A program made the position numbers and the translations under genes. Positions 40,477-55,090 of a stretch of DNA of 64,000 nt are shown in pieces; positions within the stretch are counted from its first letter, which is position 1, and the number at the start of each line of letters is the position of its first letter. The DNA comes from Eledone cirrhosa (Eukaryota): contig OZ024750.1 of the NCBI GenBank assembly GCA_964016885.1, forward strand, positions 46,810,001 to 46,874,000, given 5' to 3'. The notes under the pieces were generated by a model that made no database searches, had not been told where the DNA came from, and saw only the letters and a program-made list of their open reading frames with translations.

Positions 40477-42288
40477 TTACTGTTGGTAATAATAATAGCG
40501 TTGTAAAGATGATCGTTGTCACAGGTGTGATGATAATAGCAGCGATAAAGAATATAAAATAGTAGTAGTAGTAGTAGAAGTAGAAGTAATAGTAGTACTA
40601 GTAGTAGTAGTAGTAGTTGTAGTAGTAGTAGTTGTAGTAGTTGTAGTATGAGGAGGAGGAGGAGGAGGATGAGGAGATGTAAGAGGGGGGAAGCAGCAAC
40701 AGCAGTAGATTTTTGAAATACTGTAATATACATTTTGTCCAATGCCATTCTTCTTAATGAAGAGCATGATATTGTTATGTGATTGATATGGTGGTGATGA
40801 TGATGGTGGGTGTGATAATGTTGGTGGGTGTGATAATGTTGGTGGTAATTATTGATAATGATGAAAAAGTGGACGATAATGATGATGAAGTTACTGTCAA
40901 TAATCCAGATAAATAGTTTCAACAATATTTGGCAACCGCGAAATAATGATAACAACAAAAACAACAACAATAATAATAATATATTTTTCTTCGTATTATT
41001 ATTATTACTATAACAACAAGAATAACTAATGTTTATATTCTTTTTATCGACATGAGAGGTGATAAAAATGATAACTTAACACTGCTTTGACCTGAGAACT
41101 GAGGTCTTATCACTTTTGAAACCATTGAACACTAAACGGTTCATTATCGATTTCTCCTGTACATTTCAACACTTTAATATTTTAACTGTTATTTCTGCCT
41201 CTCCAATACGTATGTATATTGTCATGTACTGTTTTATCTATCTTTCTTGAATATCATTAATTTCGTTTTGTATTTGAACGGGATGGGGGTCTGTTCTCAG
41301 CCCTAATTATCTTCTTTATTCTTTGTTAATAGCCACGGGTGTTTGGAAATAAACCAGATGCACCAACGTACCAGACGAAATGTTCCTTCTCATTTGGACT
41401 AATAATTCATCTCTCTTTCAAAATACTCATTATTTTTCGGAAGTATTTCAGAAGAAAATAATGAGCATTTTGAAAGCTCGTGCAGAATTTGCTTACACAC
41501 TAAATAACGTATTACCAATCAGTGAAATAAAACCGCTCCATTGTGTGGGGAGAGGAGTTTACAACAGAGCATGGTTTCAATATGTTGTTGCCAATAAAAA
41601 CATCTGGCCCGTTCTGTTTTAATTTGGAGTTGCTTTCTACTTTCAGTGAAATAAAACCGCAGCATATCTAAGTACGTATCTATATATGTATGTATGTCTG
41701 CATCAATGTAAGTATGTAAGCATATATGCATATGCGCATACATGTAAGTTGTTTCTCTTAATTTTGAGCCTATTTTTGACAGACAATTTTGTAAATAAAA
41801 TTTCCGTCGTCCCTTTTGCAGTCAGTTTCATTTGAAGCATATGAATATTTCGAACATTTTGAAAGTTCCAAATATTGTGGCCACTTGTATTTTGGATTAT
41901 GGCGCAATGTTCTTGCTCCACAAATCCAATTCAGTTACGATTTGGTTCAGGTGGGTAGGTATAAAACTGAATGTGCATGTAGGGTACTGAATCTATATAC
42001 TCACCAACAATAATACTTAGATATCCTACTTCTCTCATATTAATTTTGCTTCATTTACATTGTGTGGGCAGAGGATTTTACAACAAAGCATGGTTTCAAT
42101 CTGTTGTTGCCAATAACAACATCTGGCCGTTCTGGAGTTGCTTTTTACTTTTAGCTTCAAATCATATTCTTTCAACATATTCCTTTTATATAGTGTTAGT
42201 TCCGTCTTCTGCAGTGCTTTCGAGATCATGCTTGCTAATACATCACGTCTCATAGGAAGGTTGTGAAAAGTGTACATTATTTTACAGT

Positions 42289-42350
<62 letters not shown>

Positions 42351-42355
<5 letters not shown>

Positions 42356-42604
42356 GGAGGTGAGTTTTATTGTAGTACAATAAAGCAATGCAGATATCGG
42401 ATAAGAAGCACTCTACAGACTGGAGTATACATAATATATAAGAACAAAAGATGATTAAAAGAGTTCCATGTATTTTAACCTTCATATCATGTCTTCCTGT
42501 TTTATCTGATGAAAACACAAATATTATTGCATGATGATATTTGTTTTTGAAATGCGCATAATAAAATACATGGAACTCTTTTAACCATCTTTTGTTCTTA
42601 TTAG
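42351..42604 (+). mobile_element. Family E mini-element with inverted tail (42438-42477 / 42562-42601) around an HHR
   Basis: A second copy lies at 47670-47895. Both are embedded in (TA)n. Confidence 0.8.
42500..42566 (+). ncRNA. Type I hammerhead ribozyme, family E, intact
   Basis: ttttat CTGATGA aaa-c-acaaatattat tgcatg atgatatttgt-t-ttt GAAA tgcgca TA ataaaa. Stem III is palindromic (ATGCGCAT). Confidence 0.85.
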
Positions 42605-42671
<67 letters not shown>

Positions 42672-42672
<1 letters not shown>

Positions 42673-42900
42673 CTAATGTCATCGGTCTCTCTTTTGTATA
42701 GCCTACATTTATGATCAACTGATGACTTTCCTGTTTTCTGTAGTAAGCACTTGAAGGACATTCCTTGTTCTTCAAATGGAGGTATCCTTCATGGCGGGAT
42801 GTTGCAAAGTTGTCGGAATTGCACATCAGACATTTAGTGTGATATACATCTCATCTATGATTGGTGTGCAACCTTCTCAGTGAATTGGTATCTTTTTTAT
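42672..42900 (-). mobile_element. R4/Dong-type (restriction-like endonuclease) LINE fragment
   Basis: TSRHEGYLH followed in another frame by VDHKCRLYKRETDDISYI, a decayed C-x2-C..E.I.H zinc knuckle. Confidence 0.55.
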
Positions 42901-43039
42901 ATTTTACTCACACCTCCTTCAGGTATGGTAGAGGCACCGTAATTCGGCGCGTCTAGGGTGCATCTAAACCCGGCGGAACCCAACCCTCACCAAATATGTA
43001 CACAACCGGTTTTTTCTATGGAGGATGAATCGACCCTAA

Positions 43040-43170
43040 TACAGGACAGGTACTTCCTTTGTCGACCTTCAGAGAATGAAAGGTAAATTTAACAACGGTG
43101 GGATTTGAACTCACAGCGCACAGTGTGGCACGTCGAATAACGTAAAGCATTCTATCCGATGTCTTAACGA
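43040..43170 (-). mobile_element. tRNA-derived SINE, abundant family, diverged
   Basis: gtcgacc..gaatgaaaggtaaa..gggatttgaactca. Confidence 0.65.
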
Positions 43171-44353
43171 CTCTGCACATTCACCGTACTATCAAATTAT
43201 AACGCTTAAAATAATTGATATTAGAATCTTAACGTTTAGCGAAAACTTCCATCGAATTGGAAAACATAGAAAATTGAATGGGTTGATAACGTGTAGGAAA
43301 AACATGGTTATTGAAAACAAAAAAAAAAGAGGAATAAACTAAACAAAAAAGAGGAAGAGTGAAAAATAAAAAAAAATACAAAAATAAAATAGAGAGAGAG
43401 AAACGATTGGTCAATTGTCAGCCATATTAGAAAAAATAACATTTGGGGTACATTAACTATAAAAAATAACTACTGTGCATGAAATAAATTGATTTATTAT
43501 ATCGAAGCTGAACATTCGAATTCGTCGCGTTCAGGGGCAAAAGGGTAGATGAAAAAAAACGTGAAACCATATGATTCATTGTTTTATGAAATCAATTATA
43601 TGAAATTTCGCCTGTGTCATAAAAACTGTATATAAAATATTCAAGATGACTGTATTGCAGTGAATTTTGTAGCTGTATGTTACAGGTTATTTTTCATTTT
43701 TTCTGTATTTGAACAAGAGAACATTTTCATTTATCTGGTACATTCGTATGAGGATGAAATATATTACATTTTGCAGTATAGTCACGCAGCTTAATTCTTA
43801 AGTTTCTTAGCTTATAACCATGAAATTTTGAGTTCGAATTCCTACGGAAATTTGCGTCATTGAGTGAGACCCTAAATGTCCCATTACCTCAGTGTACTTT
43901 GTTGGAAAATAATAGGCTTTATCTGTAATTCAAAGAGCCAAAATAATCACGCACGTGAATGTGCAATGCAGAACCACATCTATCATAATTTGTCGCACAA
44001 CAATTTATGTTGTTCGAAAACGTGAAACAACCGGTATAGAAACCATCGGAACTCCAACACACATACACACACACAACTATGTATATGCATATATATTGAA
44101 TTAACTAATACTATGAATAATCGAAGGAAATAAAATGTACATCTGTGTATAGGCTAATCTATGAGACCCCACGCAGTGGCCTCATAGCAGATATGATTAG
44201 GTGGCAGCTGCGTTAAGGCTCACACTGCTTGAAATATCAGCCAAGTTATGCTCATATCACAACCTAATAGCTAATAATTGCATGGACAATGAACTCACAA
44301 GTACTAAACCTGAACATTGCAATCACACATCATGCATCCCACCAACACCCACA

Positions 44354-45945
<1,592 letters not shown>

Positions 45946-45994
45946 AAATAAAGTTAAATAAAAGTCAAATGATTAAAATTTAGCTTCGTTTATT

Positions 45995-46049
45995 ACTGCT
46001 ATATATATTTCAGTGACAGCCATCTTTGGCTGTGACCTCTTCAGGCAGT
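45995..46049 (-). ncRNA. Type I hammerhead ribozyme, intact core
   Basis: ACTGC CTGAAGA g GT-c-ACAGCCA aaga TGGCTGT-c-AC t GAAA tatata TA GCAGT, followed by AATAAA and (TA)n. Confidence 0.85.
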
Positions 46050-46534
46050 TTGAATTAGTATGGTATAGACAAGTACATATGTTGTTTAGGTGTATGGTAT
46101 TGTCAATACTCTGATATGCCCAGTTCCTTGCTGGGTTGTTAATTCACTGGGGAACTGGAGTCATATGAATTCAAACAAACGAATTTTCGTGTCACAGGTC
46201 CCCTTCTCCTCTCATTGGTCAGTTATTAGTGTTGTCATTGTTGGAGTTAGCTTAAAAATTGATAAAATGGTAGAAGGGACAAGGTGTTGAAGGAACAAAA
46301 TATCAAAAAATGTGTCAAACTTCCCATTGTTCAGTTCTGAGAGCATTCCTCAGTCAGAAGTCTATAGAATTCTTTCTGGGGTGAGGCTCCCTGTAGTGTT
46401 TATGCCTGCTATTGTTCAGTACATTTGACCTCCACCATTATTTTGGTACTGTTGTTGTTGTAGTGGTCAGCTTATACCTTGCTGCTGCTAACAATTTAGA
46501 AGTACTTCTAAATTGTTAGCAGCAGCAAGGTATA

Positions 46535-46671
46535 AGTCCAGAATTAGCCGTCGAAACGGCTTGAGCTCAGCTGTCGGGGTCTTACTGGTTCCTATTACCC
46601 ACTCTACTACCTCAAGTATTGAGTACTTTGGTGCGTTATGGTCCACCTGGTTCCTTACCACATTTCCTTCG

Positions 46672-46672
<1 letters not shown>
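46535..46672 (+). mobile_element. Family C mini-element without fold-back (begins inside HHR stem II)
   Basis: agtccagaattagccgtcgaaacggcttgagctcagctgtcggggtc plus the family C tail. Confidence 0.8.
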
Positions 46673-46728
<56 letters not shown>

Positions 46729-46786
46729 CATATATACATATATACATATATACATATATACATATATACATATATATATATATATA

Positions 46787-47020
46787 AAAGCTTCACGGCA
46801 CAGGCATTGCTTTATATCTGGAGATCTCTCTGCACTTGTCGTCGCATGGTACCAAGGGCCCAGCACTATGTGTCAATAATTGTCACAGGTGTAGTGTTTG
46901 TACCAGAGTTTTCAAGTCGCTGGCTGGACTAAAAAGTCACACTCGTTCAGCGCATCGGTAGGGGTTCTCCTACATGGATATAAAGTAGTGGCCGTACTCG
47001 AAAACGAGTTGGCAGCCACC

Positions 47021-47021
<1 letters not shown>
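46787..47021 (+). mobile_element. 3' end of an RTE-group LINE with a C-terminal zinc finger
   Basis: Encodes [23 protein letters not shown] and ends in (TA)n. An inverted copy lies at 48421-48860. Confidence 0.7.
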
Positions 47022-47082
<61 letters not shown>

Positions 47083-47083
47083 G

Positions 47084-47128
<45 letters not shown>

Positions 47129-47244
47129 GTATATATATATATATATGTATATATATATGTATATATATATATGTATATATATATATATGTATGTATATGT
47201 ATATATATATGTATATATATGTATATATATATGTATGTATATAT

Positions 47245-47325
<81 letters not shown>

Positions 47326-47341
47326 CATATATATATATATG

Positions 47342-47390
<49 letters not shown>

Positions 47391-47391
47391 G

Positions 47392-47606
<215 letters not shown>

Positions 47607-47637
47607 GTATATATATATGTATATATTTATATATATG

Positions 47638-47669
<32 letters not shown>

Positions 47670-47804
47670 ATGTAGGAGGTGAGTTTTATTGTAGTACAAT
47701 AAAGCAATGCAAATATCGGATAAGAAGCACTCTACAGTTTGTAGGATGTTGATTTAAAACTGCACTATCCACAAGTGTTTTTTAACCTTCATATCATGTC
47801 CTCC

Positions 47805-47875
47805 TATTTTATCTGATGAAAACACAAATGATATTGCATGATGATATTTGTTTTTGAAATGCACTTAATAAAATA
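47805..47875 (+). ncRNA. Type I hammerhead motif, family E, second copy (stem III degraded)
   Basis: tattttat CTGATGA ...GAAA tgcact TA ataaaata. Confidence 0.7.
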
Positions 47876-47928
47876 CATGGAACTCATTTTGATCTTAAGT
47901 ATTATGTATATATATATATATGTATATT

Positions 47929-47996
<68 letters not shown>

Positions 47997-47997
<1 letters not shown>

Positions 47998-48125
47998 TTA
48001 TTAAAATAACAGATTAAAGTTTAAGCAAAGAATCGCTGCCTTCACCATTAACGGGATCTTCTGAAACTAACCAATATATTTATCCTTATCGAGCCCTATT
48101 GGGATTTTAGTCTTCACATTTATTA
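47997..48125 (-). mobile_element. Family B mini-element (HHR core CAGAAGA/GAAG, degenerate)
   Basis: Match to the other family B copies. Confidence 0.75.
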
Positions 48126-48132
48126 TTATTAT

Positions 48133-48168
<36 letters not shown>

Positions 48169-48302
48169 ATACACATATTACATATATATATATATATATA
48201 CATACACATATTACATATATATATATATATATACATACACATATTACATATATATATATATATACATACATATATTATATATATATATATATATACATAC
48301 AC

Positions 48303-48373
<71 letters not shown>

Positions 48374-48420
48374 ATCTTTATATATACATATATACATATA
48401 TATAATAACATATATATATA

Positions 48421-48860
48421 TGGTGGTGGCTGCCAACTCGTTTTCGAGTACGGCCACTACTTCATATCCATGTAGGAGAAGCACTACTGATGCGCTGAAC
48501 GAGTGTGACGTTTTAGTCCCGCCAGCGACTTGAAAACTCTGGTACAAACACTGCACTTGTGACAATTATTGACACATATTGCTGGGCCCATGGTACCATG
48601 TGACGACAAGTGCAGAGAGATCTCCAGATATAAAGCAATGCCTGTGCCGTGAAGCTTTTATAGTGAGCAAAGGCACTGCAGAAAGCCAGTCTCACTCTCT
48701 TAACCAAGAAGATATTTACCAAAAAGAAGAACAAGTCAACATCATTGGATATCATCAGAGTTGCAGGTGTTATATCAGAGTTTTCCTTCTCCTAGAATTC
48801 CTAGAATTCTGCCTTGACAATGGCTAAGGGGTCATCTCTCCATCTCTCCCGGTGAGTATG
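48421..48860 (-). mobile_element. 3' end of an RTE-group LINE, inverted partner of 46787-47021
   Basis: Reverse-complement match over about 235 bp. Confidence 0.7.
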
Positions 48861-48904
48861 TATGTATACGTACATACATATATGTATACAGACGTACAGT
48901 AGCA

Positions 48905-48997
<93 letters not shown>

Positions 48998-49416
48998 GCA
49001 CACAGGTACACATACATATATGCACGCATCAGTTTAGCCGAGTGCCATACTAAGAGTGAGAAATGAAATTTCGTTTTCATTTTTTTCAACTTATCGTTTT
49101 CGGTATGCCTGACCGATTTAACTCACTCAATATGCAAATTAGGCTGCTCAGCCGTTAATTTTCATAAGGAAAGTATATACTTTCGAACGTTCAACTATCT
49201 GGCAGATGGGTAAACGCTGCTGATGATAGCTAACAAGCTTGAAACTAGTACATCGTTCCTGTGTCAGTGTTGAACAAAAAGGTGACGTGGTTGCCTTAAC
49301 ACCGTATGGCATAAATTCAGGCTGTTCTGTTTGTTGACAAACAAACGAACAAAGCTGCGTTATAATAAACGTCGGCTAAACTGATGCGTGCATATATGTA
49401 TGTGTACCTGTGTGCA

Positions 49417-49490
<74 letters not shown>

Positions 49491-49540
49491 TGCTACTGTA
49501 CGTCTGTATACATATATGTATGTACGTATACATACATACT
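48855..49540 (+). mobile_element. Mini-element with inverted arms (48855-49041 / 49372-49540) enclosing an HHR
   Basis: Both arms include the same complex microsatellite in reverse complement. The spacer carries the HHR at 49213-49257. Confidence 0.75.
49213..49257 (+). ncRNA. Minimal type I hammerhead ribozyme, intact
   Basis: aacgctg CTGATGA t AGC taacaa GCT t GAAAC TA GTA catcgtt. Palindromic stem III ACTAGT, GUA cleavage triplet, stem I 6 of 7 bp paired. Confidence 0.85.
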
Positions 49541-52528
49541 TATATATATATATATATATATTTAAATTTGTGTACCACTTTTTGTTAATCACCAGAAAAT
49601 AATTATGGTGTTTACACTTCTAAGCCAAGACATCAAACTACATGAATTGCATTGATAATTACGTTGTTTTAACACCTTTGTATAGCAAATTATACATGCG
49701 AAGCGATTAACTTTTTGTCTTACACAATTACCTCATTAACGGCTCTCTATTCACCTTATCTATTAAAGCTATAGAAAATACATCTTAAACATTTTATTAT
49801 CTTTCCACGTATTCTCTAAATAAATGAAACCATTTACTAGGTTAATAGAAAAAGCATCTAACAGTTATTATTACTATTATTATCATTAATGATGATGGCT
49901 TTATACTAATTACAAGTAAATGTTTGATAATGGTTGCTTTGGTGCTGCTTGTGACGAATTCATGTTGTTATGTCTGGCATTGCTGTTGTTTACGTTAAAT
50001 AGAAAGAAGGAAACCGTTAATGATATTACAATGATAATGAAAACGAAACACACTCTTAATAACATTTTCAAAGAATGAAATATTAATATTTCTAATTACA
50101 TTACTAATCATGCGTGTCTTAGAGCATATTCACTGTTTTTAAAAAAAATGTTTAATCTTACACTGGATTATTTTATATAACTAAAATATTTGCATACAAC
50201 ACACACTCCTGAAATAGTGTGATGTAATAAAAAAATTATTATTAATACATCCGCACCGGTCTTATCGCTCAGCGAGCTGCATTAAACGCTCTCACAGTCA
50301 CATTTCTCTCTCACTACCACAATGCATTAATGGTAAATTAAAATATCCCACATTGTATGACTTCTGATATTAAACCGCCTGAAAGCAACACTCTAAATTC
50401 TAACGTCTGTCTCAAACCCACACGCTCATTAGGCTGGTGTTTATTCCGGTTACCTTGGTGTTGCCTTACTGAGTATATAAGAACATGATCCTGGGGAGGA
50501 CAGTTCGTAGCACTACTAAACACACAATTATTGAAGGTACTCGTCTCAGCTGAGTATACTGAAACAACTGAAATGAAGTGTTTTGCTCAAGAACACAAGA
50601 CACAACGCGGTTCAGTAATAGAACCCACCAATGGTTTCATGATAACAATGTGTTTGTTTTAAAAGGTTTATATTATTCTATAATCCTTCAATCATAATTT
50701 CACGTAAGTTCATGTTATACGTTTTCCCTTAAAGTGCTAAGGTAGTAATGAGAAATTTATCCAGGTCGCTAAATTTCTCAAAATACTTATTGTGACTTCA
50801 AGCCTATTTGAAAATCATCATAATGAAATAGTTAAACAGAAAACGTGTAAATTTGTTATAGTAACATAGTTAGCGATATTGAATTTACACATGTAACGTA
50901 TAGACATATATTTACTATCTCTCTGAATTATATCTATAGTACATCCAACGGTCTTTGATTTCGTTTCTATCGCAGCAGTTTCGTTCAGAAACATTGTTTA
51001 ATCAGTGGTTAGGGAAATATACACTAGGTTCGACTGTTTTATCCATCCATGCTGAGTTTACTAAGATGGTTGCCCACATTCAGCCACTGGTATAGAGCTT
51101 AGGGAGCGATACGATGTCTTATATCAATCAGTATTTCATTTTCCCATCTTTCACAGTTAACTAACATATGATGACGCAATTAAACTTAAACAGATGGTGT
51201 TTTCAACGTTGCTGGCTTTGCGTAATTTGTTTCACATGCATATGCGACAAATATCTCTCACAAAACATATTACTTAAAATATAACAAATTAAATATCGGT
51301 TTCGTATGTTTACCTTAACTAGATCAAATTATGATTCCACTTTTATATATACAGATGAGAAGTTTACAATGTGAGAGAACACTGATATATGACTGGTTTC
51401 CATATGTAAACGTTGCTTTGAGAATGTAGAATAAAAAAAAAACTGAAAGCTTTTAGATGAAAGTACTAATGGAGAGTTAACCAAGAAGAAATAGACATTA
51501 AAATTAATTTAAAGATCATAGGTTATATATTTTTATTGTGAACATCGAATTATGCACTAATATATTTATTATAAGTACAAATATGCACAACAGTAAATAT
51601 TTCTCAGAAATGTCCCCTAATAGGAAAATAACTACAGATATATAATATAAATAGAAAGTTTCGACATTAAAAAAGCTGTATATGGATATATTAATATATT
51701 TTCACGAAGCAGATCAAGAAAAAAGCATATTAACTTTATCGATACATGCATTGCATTATATTCATTTTATCTATTGTACAATGGTTTCTGACATGGAGGC
51801 AAGACAGTGGAGTAATAGAGGGAAGGAAATGCATTTCTGTAAGATACATGTCTATTTGAAGAACATAAGCAAAATAAGTTTAGTGAGAAAATCTCAGTTG
51901 CGAATGAAGAGATCAGAGTAGACAGAGCTGGAGGGTATACGTCGAAATTGCAGCGCACACCACCGACTGATATTAACAGTTGGCTAGTCTAAGTGCTATA
52001 TTGTGTTTAGCATCACAAGTCTGTATTCTGAGATTCTTTCTCACGAAATATAATTAGTTGATCGCCCCTTTGGCATTGGTAAAATACTACCTGACCACAC
52101 AGTAAAACCAGCTTATTGATAAATGTCTGGCATCTGAGGAAATTACCTACCTCTATCAATATATACGGCAATCACACATTCAGTATATAACCCTAATAAA
52201 ATTAATAACAGCTACTTATCATTACCATAGAACTACGCACCAATATAAAGTTTAGGAGAATAATAATAATAATAATAATAATAACGAACCTTAAAGTTAC
52301 AATGAATTTATGTAATAATGTGCTTTAAAAGAAAGAGGAATTGTAATTTCTGCTCAGCACAAACATTAAATAGACTTTATAATATTTCCATTTCCTAAAT
52401 AGCGGACTAAATGCATATACCATCACTTGGCTCTTGGCATAAATATATATGTATATATATGTGTGTGTGGGGGGGGGGGGGTATATATATAAATATATAT
52501 ATATCGTCATCATTATATATATATATAT

Positions 52529-52563
<35 letters not shown>

Positions 52564-52586
52564 AACATATATATATATCTATCTAT

Positions 52587-52742
52587 CTAAGGCGGGTAAA
52601 ATTCCCGAGATCCATGGACGAGTTCTCTCCAGCGGTCTCTGTCCCTCATTATCGCTGCCATATCCTGCATCTCCAACAGACCAGTGTCTGTCCTTAGGGC
52701 ATCAACATATGTTAACCTTGGTCTTCCTCTTCTAGTGTGTCA
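52587..52742 (-). mobile_element. RTE LINE 3' end
   Basis: [50 protein letters not shown]. Confidence 0.8.
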
Positions 52743-52747
52743 CATAT

Positions 52748-53035
52748 GAAAATTAGAATTGGTGCTCTGAAATAGCGATGTATATATGAATGCATATATT
52801 GTATATTTGGCAATACACTATATGCTTAATTAAAAGCATTTTGATGACCTTACGCTATTGTTTTAGAGTAGTGACTATGTCACTTACTTCTTTTTTCAGA
52901 AACAAAGGGAGATAAGGTGACACATCTCTCTTTCATATTGTTGGTATTCATCAGAGCTTAGCACTCCCCTTGTCTGTTGAAAATTATAAATATTGGATTC
53001 TTATATACTTCCAGTAATAATCAGGAAGTGATTAT
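52748..53035 (-). mobile_element. Family F mini-element with HHR motif at 52914-52959
   Basis: Minus strand: aagct CTGATGA ata ccaacaa tat GAAA gagagatgt GTC acctt. Homologous to 24438-24730. Confidence 0.7.
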
Positions 53036-53149
53036 ACATTACTCATCTTTTTCCATTTCTCCGAGGGTTCTTAACCCCACTATCAGGCTAAATAATTTCT
53101 TTAATTTCTTTAGTGAAAATACGGCGATAATTTATATTTCTAACTTATA

Positions 53150-53192
<43 letters not shown>

Positions 53193-53689
53193 TCATCATC
53201 ATCGTCGTCGTTTAACGTCTATCTTCCACGCTATATATATACATAATTATACCTGAGTTCATTGTTTTGTTTCTAACTATCTTGCAACATTACTTGATTC
53301 TCCATATTTCCAATGTCCATCACATTGATGGCAGAGTCTCATATATGATCCATGTATCAAACAATTTTGCAAAATGTCATGTAATTTCTTTACATTTTAG
53401 CAAACTCTTTTATTCAATCAATCATGAAAACACATTTATAATTAGTGTTATTGTTCACATATGTAAAAATCAGAGGATCTCTGTGTCTATATCGTTCACG
53501 TCAGGAATAGATGTTTTTGAACTAATTTAAGTTAAATGCAGAGGGAAATATGTAGGAGACATATTAATCCCTTTTGAAAACATGTTATATTTACTTTTCA
53601 TATATGTGTATACATTGACTAGCATTAAATACATGATATCTATTCATATCTTATTCTTTGAATGTACTATACATTTTTTTCATTATATT

Positions 53690-53790
53690 TGAATCCCGCC
53701 GAGTTTAACTTTGCCTTTCATCCTTACGGGGTCCATAAAATAAAGTACCAGTAATGTACTGGTTAAATTGCAGGCCTTGTGCCAAAAATA
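53690..53790 (+). mobile_element. tRNA-derived SINE, abundant family (5'-truncated)
   Basis: Match to the main SINE consensus. Confidence 0.75.
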
Positions 53791-54435
53791 GATGCAATAA
53801 TATTTGTGTACTGGAGGTTCGTTATACCTAGGTATCGACGTATATTTCTTGAGTCAGAGACTATCTTAGGTTCCCACAAAGGCTTGCTCTCTTCACCACG
53901 ACATTATATGACGGTAGGCTTCCAAACAGTTTCCATCTCACCAGTCTCATACAGAATATAAATATTGATGCCAAGCTAATGTATAAGACGGGTGCCAAAA
54001 ATTCAAAGCATCGATCATAGGACTTATTGATTGTGATATTTAACTCTCTGGTCATGTCATGATATGACCAATACACAATCACAATATCTTCCTTTCACTT
54101 TCTCGCCCAACCTGCAGTCACCTTACAAAACGTTTAAATTATGAAAATTTACGAAATGTCTTTCGACACATGGATGCATTCGAGCAACTACCATGATATA
54201 ATAGCTGAATCTCACTCTATTATATAATATCTTATAAATAACACATTATTTAAAATGGTGCTAGTTAATCCACATCTGAATATAGTCCCGCATTCCTTGG
54301 GTAGAATATATTACACAAGCATGAACAATCAAAGCAACAACATGAAACTCAACAATAAGTGGGTTGATAGGGCAACATATCCAATATTTCCACTGCTTAT
54401 ATAAATCGAGCACATAGACATAACATCCCTGTCAC

Positions 54436-54469
<34 letters not shown>

Positions 54470-54477
<8 letters not shown>

Positions 54478-54842
54478 TAAAACAATGAAATAAAAATTCA
54501 AGTCATTAGGAATATACTTCACTGCTTTACGATCGTTTGTATGTGATAATAATACATCGTACGCATATTTCGTTATCGATCTATCTAAAGTTAGTTACAA
54601 AATATCAATTAAGGAATATATTTACCTACTTGTATATCGTCAGCCGTTATCAAAAGCCATTGACACGGCTGACGATATACACGTAGGTGAATATATTCCT
54701 TATTTGATACTTTGTAACTAACCTTACATAGATCGATAACGAAATATGCGTACGATATATTATTATCACCTAGAAACGATCGTACAGCAGTGAAGTATAT
54801 TCCTAATGACTTGAATTTTTATTTCATTGTTTTAACTTATAT
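54470..54842. repeat. About 370-bp near-perfect palindrome
   Basis: Arms of about 178 bp around a loop near 54648-54664. CTGACGA lies next to the centre and GAAACGATCGTA at 54773-54784. Confidence 0.88.
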
Positions 54843-54979
54843 CATGATTCTGTTTTCCTGTTGATGTTTTATTGTTTTCCGGGATTTATTTTAACATACA
54901 ACGTTTTCAACACATGGATTACATTGAGTTCTTCATGCAGACTAGACCCCACAACTAACCGTGGATATTTCTGTGTATG

Positions 54980-55090
<111 letters not shown>

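Noticed and set aside
53275-53400. Minus-strand CDGHWKYG resembling the GluK C...W.FG segment
   Set aside because: The frame is bounded by stops on both sides and lacks suitable splice signals.
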